This document shows positions 39,051 to 52,123 of a stretch of 64,000 nucleotides of DNA, in pieces. Within the stretch, counting starts at the first letter, position 1, and the number at the start of each line of letters is the position of its first letter. The translations under genes were made by a program, and so were the position numbers. The stretch spans positions 42,842,001 through 42,906,000 of the forward strand of contig OX638152.1 of the NCBI GenBank assembly GCA_951804945.1. The letters run 5' to 3'. Under the pieces are notes generated by a model. The model was not told the DNA's origin. It was given only the letters and a program-made list of their open reading frames with translations, and searched no databases. The DNA comes from Podarcis cretensis. Its lineage: Eukaryota.

Positions 39051-40870
39051 AAGCCATTTCTTTCCTCCTTTGCTACAGTCTAGCTTGCTTCTAAATATGC
39101 CCGTTTGTATCGGGTTTAAAGTGCTTGCGTATATGTGCGTTTCAGATCGCATCCTTCTGATAAGGTTTTTATGTTGCACACCAGGTAGGCTGCTTCTTAA
39201 ACCCCTTTCACCCTCTATCTTGGTGTAGAAGGGCATGGCTGTGCTACCGGTCTCACCTTGTCATGGGGGGCAGGTTAGCCTTAACATGGGTGCACAGGTG
39301 AAGATCCCATAGCGGTGAGCAGCTGCTCAGGAACAGAGATATCCACTCTAGTCAGGCAACTAGAAAATGAATTAAGTTATAAAATGTTTACCTTCAGTAA
39401 TCCAAAATAAGTTTCAGATGAAGATCTCCAACTCCAAAGCCTGAGTACTGATCAAGCTGTAGGTACTAACTCCCATTTCCTCGGAATCAGTTGTAATACA
39501 ATCATAGTATCAACTGAATATTTGAACAGCCATGAGTTTGGTATCTGTTTACATTCCTTAGGAAAGGGCCAGAGAGCAGGAACTAGCACCTTTGCATATA
39601 AAAACCCTTGAGACTTCTTACCTCTTTATTTTCAAGTCTGTTTCAACAACTAACCTCACCTACCCCAGTATTGCTTTGGAAGATCCATATTTGTGATGTG
39701 TCAAGTTTTCTCCAGCTACACAAAACAGGTTCTTCCAGGTTGCATTTCCCTTTTACTACAGGGAGCAAACTATTACCAACCCTATGTTTCAGGTACAGAG
39801 GTTGCTGTAGCATTCGCACTGATTCGGGTCGTCAATTTGTATTCCCTATAACCCACAGGGCACAACACCAATCTGATTCAACATGCTTCTGTTACAACAA
39901 GTAACAGCCATTTTGAATACCCAGGGACTATCCACCTGTCTTGTCTTTGGGTTGGTTATATTAACATTGCTGCCTGCTTTTAGCATTCAGTCTGACAAAG
40001 TGCTTGTATCCAATTACATCTTTCCAGGCTTCTATTGGCCCGCTTCCATGTTTTTGCATTTTAGCTAACTGTAGCATTTCCACAACAGTTCACCTCTGGC
40101 CTACCTAGCCGTATCAAGCAACACTACGGTTATAAAGTGAATATGGCAATAATTATAATAAAGCAGCTAGTTGAAGGTTCCAAGGAAAGAGACTTTGCCC
40201 TGCTAATGGCTGTAGCTTCTGACAGCAGCAAAGCTATATATAGGTGTACTGGAATGAAAGTTAAGCTCCAGTAAAACACTTTAATTGAGAATTTTGAAAG
40301 ACTAGTTTAGTGGTTCAGTTTAGCTGCTAAAGGACCACAGGGAACTTAAAACAAAGAGTAGCACTAGCTTCAGAACACTGAATGTCTTAGTGGAGGTCAA
40401 AAGCAAATGTAGCAGTAGGTACAGAGTGCTTGGTATCCAATTAATGTTCTCTTACTGACAGAGGCAATTTTCAGGAACCCCTCTTTTTCCAGGTTGGGAT
40501 CTTTTGGAGCAGCTTTGGCTAGGGGCAGGGATTATTTAAAATTGCCTCCCCTTTTCACTGGTGTATGCCATCTGTCAGAAGAGGGCCATCACTTGGCTGC
40601 CATCTGCAAGATTCCATTAATTTGAAAAACTGGGTTACAGTAACAATTTTTTGGATATTAAGCCACCACCAACTCTTACCGCAGCCAGGGACCCAATTTC
40701 CAAAATGTAGCAGCAGCATTCATCCCTGTTATACTTTACATTACTTGAACTGTCCTGTTAGCAAAGTTAAACCACAAGTGAATGACACTTTTCTTTATGG
40801 CGTTTGAAAAGACAAATGTTGTGAATAATGTTTTAGTATTACTAATCATTTATCTGTTCTACATCTCTTA

Positions 40871-40984
40871 TCACTGAGAGCAAAGCATTTTATATTCCTC
40901 TGGATTAGCACTGTAAGTTGAAAGGGCATTTAGAAAATCCTCCAGCGGACAGAGACCAGCTCTGCATCCTCTTGGAACCAGCTC
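40871..40984 (-). CDS. ACP6: ACP6 exon 10 ([37 protein letters not shown])
   Basis: TTTCCGCAG| acceptor. Tandem stops TGA TAA. Confidence 0.93.
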   Translation of the reverse strand, partial: ELVPRGCRAGLCPLEDFLNALSTYSANPEEYKMLCSQ

Positions 40985-43900
40985 CTGCGGAAAGACAAGA
41001 CAAATCAACATTTACGTCACCCAAAAACTGCCATTACAAGAGGCCCTTGGGCAAAAAAAAAATAAATATCTCGTACACTTTGTGGTCCTCCAGATTCTAT
41101 TAGACTCCTAATAGTATCAGTCAGTGGTCAGAGATGATGGAATTTGTAGTCTAGTAACAACTAGAGGGCCAGAGTCCTGATATCCTGATATACAGCATCA
41201 CTACTGCCTTGCAAAGAGAGTTGCTTTAAAAGTTACCAAAAGGTAGCTTGAAACAGGTATGAGATCCCTGCATTCCAGATTCAGTGATTTATCTGTTAAC
41301 AGCCTTTGTATTTAGATGTTGTGCAAGCTAGAGTATGGAATTTGCCTCCTGCCCAAATCTCACTTGAGGTCCCATTTATATGTGTAACATCATCACCATG
41401 GAGCCTCCTACCTCTCCATTGTAGAGCAGCCGTATAAACCAGTCCTTGGAACGCTGGTAGAGTTCTATTGTCATGTCTGCTGCGTATGGAGGCCACTTGG
41501 AATCAAAGACCCCCAGAGCCAATAGCAGTGGGAAGAGGGTAACATCATGAATAGCATACAGAGCAAGCTTTCTAAAAAAAAAGAAGTGGTGACCAATAAT
41601 TCAGTCTTACTGATGACATACATTGTGTATAGCAGCCACTGCAGCTGCATTTTCCATTCACACTGAATCCCAAGTCAGTTGGTAGATGTAATAAGCTAAA
41701 TTGAGAATTATCAGGGTAATGGCACTCCTTCCTCTCCTTTTTGTTCTGTCTTCCACATGCGAGCACCTAGTTTGTATTTGTTCATATGAAACTGCTTTTG
41801 TGAGCCAAGTTCTACATAACTCCCGTATAAAGTTAGGATATTTACAAGTCACCTTTACCCAGTTAAAAATATATACACAAATCTTAAATGGTGCAATTGT
41901 CACTGTTCCATCAACACCTGCTCCCCTTTATTTGTCCCATTTCCCCTTTCAATGTTTTTAGCTTGTAGATGCTGCTCAATGGGATGTTCTGCCAAAACCG
42001 TAAATACCAATAATCTACATACCTGGCCTTGATTTCAGGAGAGGAAGGGTTCATTGCCGCCTTAATATTCTTCTCTATTATATTGAGTAGAGGACCAACT
42101 GACATCTTGAGAGTCTCTCTAGTCAGAAATATAACAAAACAGAGACCCATTTTTTTAAAAAAAATGTTTCTAACGAGTTGCAACATCTTTTAACAGTTCT
42201 AGATAACTGGCAGAACTTAATCGGAACAGGAGCAGGTTTAAAAGTAAAGGTTCCTGGCTAGCAGGGACACACATGACTAGTCTGTACAAGAAGTCCATGT
42301 TTTAAAACAGAAGAGTGATTCTGTGTTTTGTCTTGCAGATATCCCCACCCATACCATCCCTGGGACTGCTCACCTTAAATTCGATTTTGTGACATAAAGG
42401 AGTGAGTCTATAGCCCTCTGCTCGATCAGTTCCATGAAACTCTTCAGAATAGGGCAACTAGGCAAATCGTGTGCCTAAAAGACAGCATAGTGTGAATTAA
42501 AAGAACAACTCTAAGGCTGCAGTGACAAATGGCACCACTACTTTAGATCAGGCATGGACACACATGTGCTTATCATTAGATATCTTAACATGGACATGCA
42601 CTTGAATAAGTTGTGTTAGACAAGGAACTAGGCCATTCCTCTAAGTCTAAAGACGAAGAACAATATTACAATAAGCAAGTGAGTGATTCCCTTTAAAAAC
42701 GACAACAAGCCTTTAGTTTTAACTTGAACAACCTGAAAACATCTTCATGTAGTGGACAGATTTCAGTTCAAGACATATGAATGGTCCCATTCATATGTCT
42801 TGATTCCCATTTCCTCCCATGTCTTATGTTACCTACTACAATGCTGGCTGCCACAGTCAGGCAACGTAATTACCTAAAATGGCACAATATTCATTTTGTT
42901 TGTTTATTTAACAAATTTATATACTGCTTACTTCAAAAAGAAAGACCCAAGCAGTTTACAAAAGCAATATAAAAACCAAACAGCAAGTTACCGTATATAC
43001 TCGTGTATAAGCTGACCTTTTCAGCACATTTTTTATGCTGAAAAAGCTCTCCTCGGCTTATACTTGAGTGAGGGTTCCCTTTGCCACTGTCGGAGGCGGC
43101 GGAGGAACAAGCAGCCCGAAAGCAGCCCTTTCTGGCTGCTCCTTCCTCCTCCACCTTTGCCACTGTCAGTTTTCTGCTTATTTGCCTGTTAGTCGCCATC
43201 TACACGCACACACACTCCGGCCCATCAGGAGGTTTGTGGTGTGGTGAACTGGTTTATACTCGAGCCAATAAATTTTCCCAGTTTTTTTGTGGTAAAATTA
43301 GGTGCCTCGGCTTATATTCGGGTCGGCTTATACTCAAGTATATACGGTACATTAAAAAATTAAAATATAAAACCAGTAATTTTAAAACAATTGCATAATG
43401 GGTCAGTGCATCTGGCTGTTAACCAGAAGGTTGGTGGTTCGAGCCCACCCTGGCACAGCGGTGGGCAGGATTCCTGCATTGCAGGGGTTGGACTTGATGA
43501 ATCCCAGGACGTGCTCGCTTCGGCAGCACATATACTAAAATTGATGAATCCCAGGACCCCTTTCCAACCATACAATTCTATGAGACAGGATCAGAAGGAC
43601 AACAGCAGGATAGGGGAAAGTTTACAATGAGGAACCTGGGTTTCATTACACTTCATTTCCTACAAGTTTTAAGTATTCAGTTCAGTGAGTTCAGTTCAGT
43701 TCAGTTGTACAAAAATGGCTTTCAAACTCGGCTGCAGGAAACCCTGGGGTGGTTAGAAGCATCTCGGAGAAAGAAGCTCCATAATGATGTTGCACAGCTT
43801 TTTCAGACAAATCCATAAAGAAAGGGAGCCCTGAATGTTGAAAGCACACCTTTTTATTGCCGTTAAATGCTTTGCTTTTACTGATTGATAATTATACTGG

Positions 43901-46900
43901 TTTACGCAGCTAGAGCATTATTTTTCCTATTACAACATTTGTAGCCTACTCTATATCTATTGATCTCAGGATAAGATATAACAACAAAACAATCCTTGGC
44001 CACTTAAAAGGCTAAGCATCTGTAATAGTCATGTTCAGCATACAGTATTCAGTATTCCCTCTGCTGTAACTGATGTAACCCCTTAAAATGTCTTTGCATG
44101 CAAGCTTTTCCCACATCCAGTTTAATCTTTAGTGCCAAACCTGAGATAAAGTGGAGTAGCAGGCCTTTGCCAATATCCCACCTTGGACCATTTAGTCTGG
44201 CTAAGTCTAACTCGGTATGTGTTATCTGTTCATATGATGCACTGGGGATCAATCTAATATTGGGAGCACAGATACACCCTAAGGAGGGAATTACAGAATT
44301 GAGCCCAACCCCTGGTATGCTAACTGATTCATGTAACCTACTTCTGTGTCATCATGTCCTAGGTAAGATCTATTAAGAGAAATTCAGTCGATTAAATAAT
44401 TATACAAGCTACTTTGGAGATTTTCATAAGCAACAAGAAAGAGCTTATCTATTTTGCCAGTGTAATAGGCAACAATTTTTTTTTTTGGACGGAGAGAAAG
44501 ATAAAAAGGAAATGTTAAACAATTAAGCCAAAAGACAAAAAATGTGACATTTGAAGAGGGAGTTGAAGGAAGACACATAGTTTCCTCTCCTGCCAGAGCT
44601 GTCTTGGCCATTTTCCGATTTGCAACAAGAGCTACTCTGCTGAATAGTTGCTAGCACAGAAATGGTTAACACGTGGCCTTCCATACATTGCTTGACTACA
44701 ACTCCCATCATCCCTGGGCATGGGGTATTCTGGCTTGGGCTAATGGGAGCTGGAGCCCATCAGCACCTGGGCTGCCACACTGCTCTACTTCAGCACAGCT
44801 TCTCTCACAGACCTGCATGAATCAACTTGGATGGCTAAAGAAAACAGGCTTGCTCCTACAAAGGCACAGCGTACCTGTTCTGCAAAAATGTTGTCAAAAA
44901 GGAGAAAGAAGTCCGCCCTGTTCTTGCTGTCAAGGCCCATCTTCTCTTTAATGGTCTTCAGATCCTCTGCAATTCCTGGCTGCAAAAGAAGCACATTGGC
45001 CAGCCTCTCTCTGTCGAGGAAAAACGAAAGCGTCAGAATAATGCATAAATGGTAATCTGCACAAGCTACTATGCTTAGATCCCCCTGCTTGTTAGAAGGG
45101 GAAAAGGAGTGCAGGGCTGTTTGGCTTGAAATGATTGCTTGAGCAATAGACAACTAAATGCATCAGAATTAGGTACAAAAAAGCAAGAGGTCTTAAGCAC
45201 GTGAAAATAATTTTTCCTTAGTTGACTCGGATCTTTTTCAGGGCAAATAACTAAATAGCTCTTGCCTCACTAGGGAAGATGTTAATGACCAATGGCGCCC
45301 CAGATGTTGCTGGATCCCACCTCCCATCAGCCAGCATGGCCAGGAGTGATGGAATTTGAGAGCCCAGCAATATCTGGAAGGGACCACAGGTTAGCTGCAC
45401 CATTGTACAAGAGTAGCCTATGGACAGGGGCACCAAGGTGTGTGTGTGTGGGGGGGGGGGGTGCCGGCCATGGGCCAGGGCCATGGGGCATGCTTGCATC
45501 ATGTGTGCATGCCACACTGATGTTGCAGGGTCCCAGGCCCCTTGAATTGCAGGGACAAGGTGGCATGCTTGCCTACAGCCACCTTTGAAAATTCCTAATT
45601 TTGCCACAGCTTCCCTGAAAAGGAAACTGTTACCGATGCAGTTCTTAAAAGAGAAGCAGAATTGCATATGGGGTTGTTTTAGAATATAGTGATTATAATA
45701 GCATCGTATTGGCTCTGCCAGGAGTTAGGGAATTGGCGTTCACACTCTGTCCCACGGGCTTTTGACACAAGCATGATCATACTTGCTTTTATTTGAGCTA
45801 ACTGGGCACCAGTTACGCAGTTCACCGAATCACTAGAATTGTCAAGCAGCATATTAGAGAGCCCTTTCCCATCATAATCCCAGAGGAGCCTACAGCAAGC
45901 ACATTAGCCGCTCCACAAAATGCAACCGGATGCTACAGTATAAGTTTGGGGAAACAAATGTTATCATCTGAGCCGTTTAAATAGTCAAGCTGTGAGACAC
46001 AGAAGTATGGTAGGCTACTTCATAAGTTTTCATTCCAACTGCTTGCTTTTTTTAAATTGTTTGAAAATAGTTTATTCACAACATAGTTGGACAACTGCTC
46101 TAACATACAATAAGAGCATGATTTGCTTTGGCTATTTTGTTCTCGTCTCGCAGTCTTACACGTCAGCAGCTTTTAGGCTATGGCTAGATCTCACACAGCC
46201 ATTCCCTAAGGAGACTTTTGCAATGGCATAAAAGGTGCGGGGAAAGAGGTAAGGTAAGAATGGCAAGCCTGGGCTTGCTTCACAGAGGAACACTGGAACT
46301 GTTCTGTGAGGGATGCAACAAGCCAACCGCCCCCAGGAAGTCAGAAGGTGTCTTTCAGGTTCAAGCGTGTGTGAAGGCTCAAACTGAAGCATGTGAAAAT
46401 GTGCAGCTCCCCAGCCCAGCAAACCTTTGCATGTTGACTGCACAAGTTCCGGATAAAGATGATTCTGAATGCAGCTCAATCCTTCTTGCAAAAGGAGGAG
46501 CAGGGGTGGCTAAGCTCCTCTGCCCAGTTTGAACACTTCTCACATGTTCTTTTAAATGCTTGAACAGGTCCAGAACCGTTCACAGGGTTTAGGGGAGCAC
46601 ATTGCTTTTGGCAATCAACTGATGTCATGCATATAATTTAGGTCAAGGTCTTCTGAAAGGCCTTGCTGCAATAACTACTGCACCTTCTGTCTGCACAGTG
46701 GCACCAGACAGAATGTTTGTGGCAAGATACCTGTTCATGATTTTCAGTCCATGGCAGTTCACTGGGTTGGGATAAAGGATTTCAGAGTCTGCTTCATCTG
46801 TAACTATGGTAATGGGTCCTGTACAAGACAAAAAAACATTGAATGCACTTGCAATTCATGGTTTAAAGTTTCGGGCTGTTAAGAATTAATTCAAACACAT

Positions 46901-49900
46901 CTTGTACTGATTTAAAATAGTTTATAATCCTAGGACAATCTCTTACCCATCTCGACCCTCATTTGTGCAAAGCTCATTAGGGAACTTCCCCTGCACTTGG
47001 GAGCATACAAGTCTATGCTCCCAATTACATTTGTGCTTCAAGCAAACATTAAATCATGCCTGCAAACTAATAAGGCAAGAGCCCACTGTGCTAAATGCTC
47101 AGCAAAGCACACTTATTAACACATGCCTTCAGATACTTGTTGGTGATATATTCTGCTCTTACACAGAACGACTTACACCACATGATTCTCTTACTTGTAA
47201 ATTAATTTACACCACAGCATGCCATTATCTTAATCAAAGCAGTTTGTAACAGCCACCGTTGTAAACATTGGGGTTTACAAAACCAGAAGTAAGCGCAGCG
47301 CTCTTCCCTTCCTAATCATTTCCCAATAATCAGGTTTAACACAGTAAGAGTTTCTGCAAGAAATAGTGGTTTATGCACAAATGTTTTGGTAGCAGAACTT
47401 TGCAATTTACTTAATCCTAGTATCAAAACTTTTGAGATTTAACTTGTTTGTTCCATTCTTCTTCCTGGTCTCTGTGCAGCTCCACATATAAGTTTGGTGC
47501 CTGCTCAGAGCAGCATTTGAGAGCCGGGCCGGTTATCTGTGGCTCTCTGGATGTGGTTGGGAACTCTAGCTCCCATCCGCTCCAGCCAGCATGGGCAATG
47601 GCCAGGGATGGTGGGAGTTTTAGTCCAGCAACATCAAGAGGACCCAAGTTACCCATCTTTCTCTAAAGCTGGGCAACTAAAAGTTTTGAATAGAGGCTCA
47701 TTCCCAACCCTCAAGGTGCATGGCACAAGCAGTATGGCCATTGCCTTCCCATTTAAGTTTTGTTCTGGCTGCCAGTTTGTAATATCATTTCAAACCTTCT
47801 CCTTAGGAACATAAGAAGAGCCAGCTGGATTAGCTAAGGGCCCACCTAGTCCACAATGGCTGACCAGTTGCCTATGGGAAACCCTCAGGCAGGACCTGAG
47901 TGCAACAGTGCTCTGACCACCTGCGATTCCAAACAAATGGGACTAATAGCTGGGTCAGCCTTCCCCAATGTGCCCCCGCCCCCCATGTTTTGAACCACAA
48001 CTCTGATCATGGGAGTTGGGAGGAAGATGGAACTAGCCAATTTCCTTTTCTGCCCCACTTTTCCTTCTCATTTTTTCTCCCTGCTTTGTCTCTTTTTTTG
48101 TTCTGTAAATTTTGCATTTATTTACTTCAATAATATTAATAATATACCACCCCATGCCCAGAGGTCTCAGGGTGGTTTACAGAATAAAGTCAAAATATAA
48201 AACCACAAAATACATAATCAAAATACAGAACAACAACCCAATACCCCCCCCCAAAAGAACACATTTTAAAAGGGCATAGAATGCCAATCAAAGGCCTGGT
48301 TAAAAAGGAACGTTTTTGCCTGGTGTATAATGAAGGCGCCAGATGACCTTCCCTGGGGAGAGCATTCCACAGATGGGGAGCCACTGCAGAGAAGGCCTGT
48401 TCTCGTGTTGCCACCCTCCGGACCTCTCGAGGAGGAGGCACATGAAGGAGAGTCTCAGAAGATGATCTGAGAGACTAGTAGGTTCATATGGAAAGAGGCG
48501 GTCCTTGAGGTATTGTGGTCCTGAACTGTTTTAAGGCTTTATAGGTCAAAACCAGGACTTTGTATTGGGGGCCAGAAACTAATTGGTAGGCCAGTGCAGT
48601 CAGACTAGGTTCAGTGTAATATGCTCAGACCGTCTTGCTCCAGTGATCAACCTGGCTGCCGAATTTTCCATCTCCTTCAGTTTTCAAGGGTAGTAGGGTG
48701 CAATGGGTAATGGGCATGATTCAAGTTCTGCTGACTACGGGGGTCAAGCTCTCTGCTGTATCAGAAACTTATGATTGATGTTTGCCCTGCCTGGGTAAAG
48801 GGAGGCATGTAGAGAATACCTGCATGCATTAACAAAGGTCTGTGAAGCAGGCATGCAGCAAGAGGTATACTTGTGGGAGCAGCAGGGGTCTGGGCCCTTC
48901 TGAGGCCAGCTCTGCAACATGCTACTAGCTCCTGGGCCAGATGCAGTTGCCACGGTGAGCTCACCTACTGAAAACGTTCCCAAAATGATGCAGTGCATGA
49001 GCTGCACCCAGTTGCATGACTGTATAAATAAAAGCCCACCAACACCACAAACCTTGCAAACTACATCCTCTACCCTAGGAGTTGCAGCAAGGGAGCCAAC
49101 ATAGCACTCCTTTTCTGAGTAGTCACCAGTTCCTTCTAAACGTGAAATTCCTCATTTAGAGTGCAAGTGTAGCCTATCAGAATCCACTAGGGCAGTGTTT
49201 CTCAGGCTCAGGTCCCCAGCTGTTGTTAGACTACAACTCCCATCATTCCTGGCCACTGGTCCTGCTAGATAGGGATGATGGGAGTTGTAGTCCAACAACA
49301 GCTGTGGACCCAAGTCTGAGAAACACTGCACTAGGGTATGGCATAATAGACAGTGATAAACAGAAGAGCCAGAAAGAGAGAACAGTGGTGTAAAGGGCAA
49401 TGATCTCTGTTAGGAGAGAGACTCCAAGGCAGGACTGCGAACAGAGGAGCAAGGAGCTCCCCTTCATTGCTGACCTTCTTTCTGCTGTTGGAACAGCCCA
49501 GCTAGCAAACACCGCGTGGACTCCAGATTCCGAACAATGTTAGTGGAACGGACACTGAAAGACAGAAGGCAGCCAATGAAATGGGAGCACAGTGGGCTGC
49601 TCCCTGTACAAACTGACACGGGGTGGGACTTGAGGGATTTCAGCACTCCGAGCCACCAATATGGCAGTACCAAGCACTGCTATCTGTTCTAGCTGGAGAT
49701 TCTTAACATCAAACTGAACACAGTGGTGTGAGGGAGAAAGCAAGCGAGGACTTTGGATGAAACTTTGCTAAGGCTTATGATGCCGTGTGGGCTGGGAGGG
49801 AGCGGAACAGTCAGCAGGAAGAGCAAGAAAGCTGTTAGGAAGGAAACTGGAGTGTTCAGAGACTCACAAGACCTCAGAAGGTTTGAATGCTGGCGAGAGG

Positions 49901-52085
49901 AAATGGGTCTCCTCAATGTAACGTCTCCTTAGCCGTTTCCCCAGTGCAAACGTCTGCTGCATTCCTACTTTGGTCAGCTGGCCTGCATTCACTCCGCCCT
50001 GGGAAGAGAAAAGCTCTGTTGAATGGCTGAAAAAATAAACGGAGATGCAACATTTCCAAAGGAATACATGTTGGGTCACCTTCAGCACTGTTTTTTTGTA
50101 GCTTTCTTCGAAAGGAGAATAAGGTCTTGGCCCACCAGCCAGGTTCGTTACTGTGTAGTCAAACTTTGTTTCGGCAGGCGTCTCCAAAAGAGCAGGGTCC
50201 CATGCCACCTGTTCCAAAAACAAGGATGAAGGAAAAGAAAAAGCATTTGAGTAGGCAACTGGGACCTTCAAGTAGCTAGAAGAGGTTGACAACCCACTAC
50301 TGTGGAAAATCAAATTTATTTCAGTGGGCTTAGAGGCATGGCAAACTCTGCAAGCTTGGTGCTAAAACATCTCATTCAACGCTCAGGCTGTGCTGCTGCA
50401 AGAGGAGCGGGCAGTGACACATTTCACAATCTTCTTACTCCAGGATTTTGAAATATACAAAAACATCAATGTAGGCATACTTTCTGGGTGTGCCCATGAA
50501 TGCTCTAATGTCTTGAAAAAGAAAAAGTGGCTGCAGCCTCAGCAATGTTTTTACAATGGCAGTAGGGAGCGCTCTTACTCCCGTGTTTGGAGAAGCAGTC
50601 AGAGCATGGCAAGGCCTTCTTGGCTGACTCTGTTTTGTGTGTGTAATAAGAGGAGGAGCAGCAGCAGCAGCACTAGCAGCAAATAGCTTGTTCCTGTGTG
50701 TCATTCTTAGACTTAGACTTTGTGGAGGAGCAGGAGTGGGGTCAGCCTGTGAGGAGTTTTGGGTTTGCTTTGGGGATGACTCAGAAGCCATAATGCAAAG
50801 TATGGTATTGGGGGTGGGGGCGCAGATGGGCTTGTGGACTGGAGTCTCTGTGTCCTCACCTGTGTCTCCATCCCTTCTTTTTACCCCTCCCACTTTGTGT
50901 GTCTTTGTTGTTCTCCTGCCTTGTGCTCGCTCTCCCTTTGTTCGGCTTCATAAGAACTGTGTTTCAATTTAATTTACTGGGTAAGCACACCCCTAATGAA
51001 ATGTGCTGCACATGCCTTATGGACACCAACATCAGGAAGTCTTGCGAAAATGGATCTCTGCAGAACTGTCAGGGCTAAAATACTATATTCAACTCTTTTG
51101 CTGGTTAAAAAGTCAACAGAGGATTGCTTGCAATTCTTTTAGTCAGGGTTACAAATACAGAGAACCAAGTCATGGTCCTTGTTCAGTGCCTCAATTATAG
51201 CATTACCTACGGCAGGTGTTCCCACCCTGCTCAGCTGATTTGTGGAGGACAAGGCTATCAATGGCCACCAGCTATGGGGGCTACGTCTACCTCCACTGTC
51301 CGAAACAAAATACCTCTGAAGACCAGTTATGTGTGGTGAGAGCACTATTGCACTCAGGTTCTGCTTATGGTACTCCCATGGGCATCTGATGGCCACTGTG
51401 AGAACAGAGTGCTAGACTAGATGGGCTTCATCCAGCAGGGCTCTTAAGTTATTAAACAGCTGGTCCTTAGAGGAAAAGCTGGTAAGCTGGGTGGGGGGCT
51501 CCCAATCCTGGCCCTATTCCAAGCACTTGCCTTTGGAAACACTGCAACACAGAAAATACATATGAGGCTTGCACATATCTGGAATGTTTAAAATATCAGG
51601 GTTTCTCTGTATTCATCCTAAGAAGCATATCTTGCCATCAATAGTTCTTGGCCACTTCCCCAGAAATTCCACTTTAAAGTGTATGAGTTTAGGAACTTTA
51701 AAAAGAGCAATCTCAATTTCTTCACAACTGCACTTCCTACTGATCTAGGTGGTAAATCTGCCAAATCTGTTCCTCACCAGAAGTTATCACAAGTTGCTAG
51801 GTAGAGCCAAGAGAGGAACATGGTGTATAAGGAAAAATAAACACAACCATTAATTCTATTCCAGCTACAAAATCAAGAGGAAATGCAGGTGTTGGGTAAG
51901 TAGTTCATAAACTGGGTAAGTAGAAGCTGCAATGCCTTCTCTCATCACCTGTTTATGAAAGACAGTGACACAAACTTTGATCTGGTTGAAGCAGAGTGAA
52001 AATTTCCAAATCTGACTATACAGGTGCTTGGAGCCCAGCTTTGGCTGGGGCGGGCGGGCTATAAATAATAATAACAATAATAACA

Positions 52086-52123
<38 letters not shown>

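Noticed and set aside
40865-40873. TGA after ...LCSQ in ACP6 as selenocysteine or readthrough
   Set aside because: It is immediately followed by TAA, and I saw no SECIS-like element.
43511-43543. Functional U6 snRNA gene
   Set aside because: Only 33 of ~107 nt are present, there is no upstream PSE/TATA, and it is flanked by a TSD.
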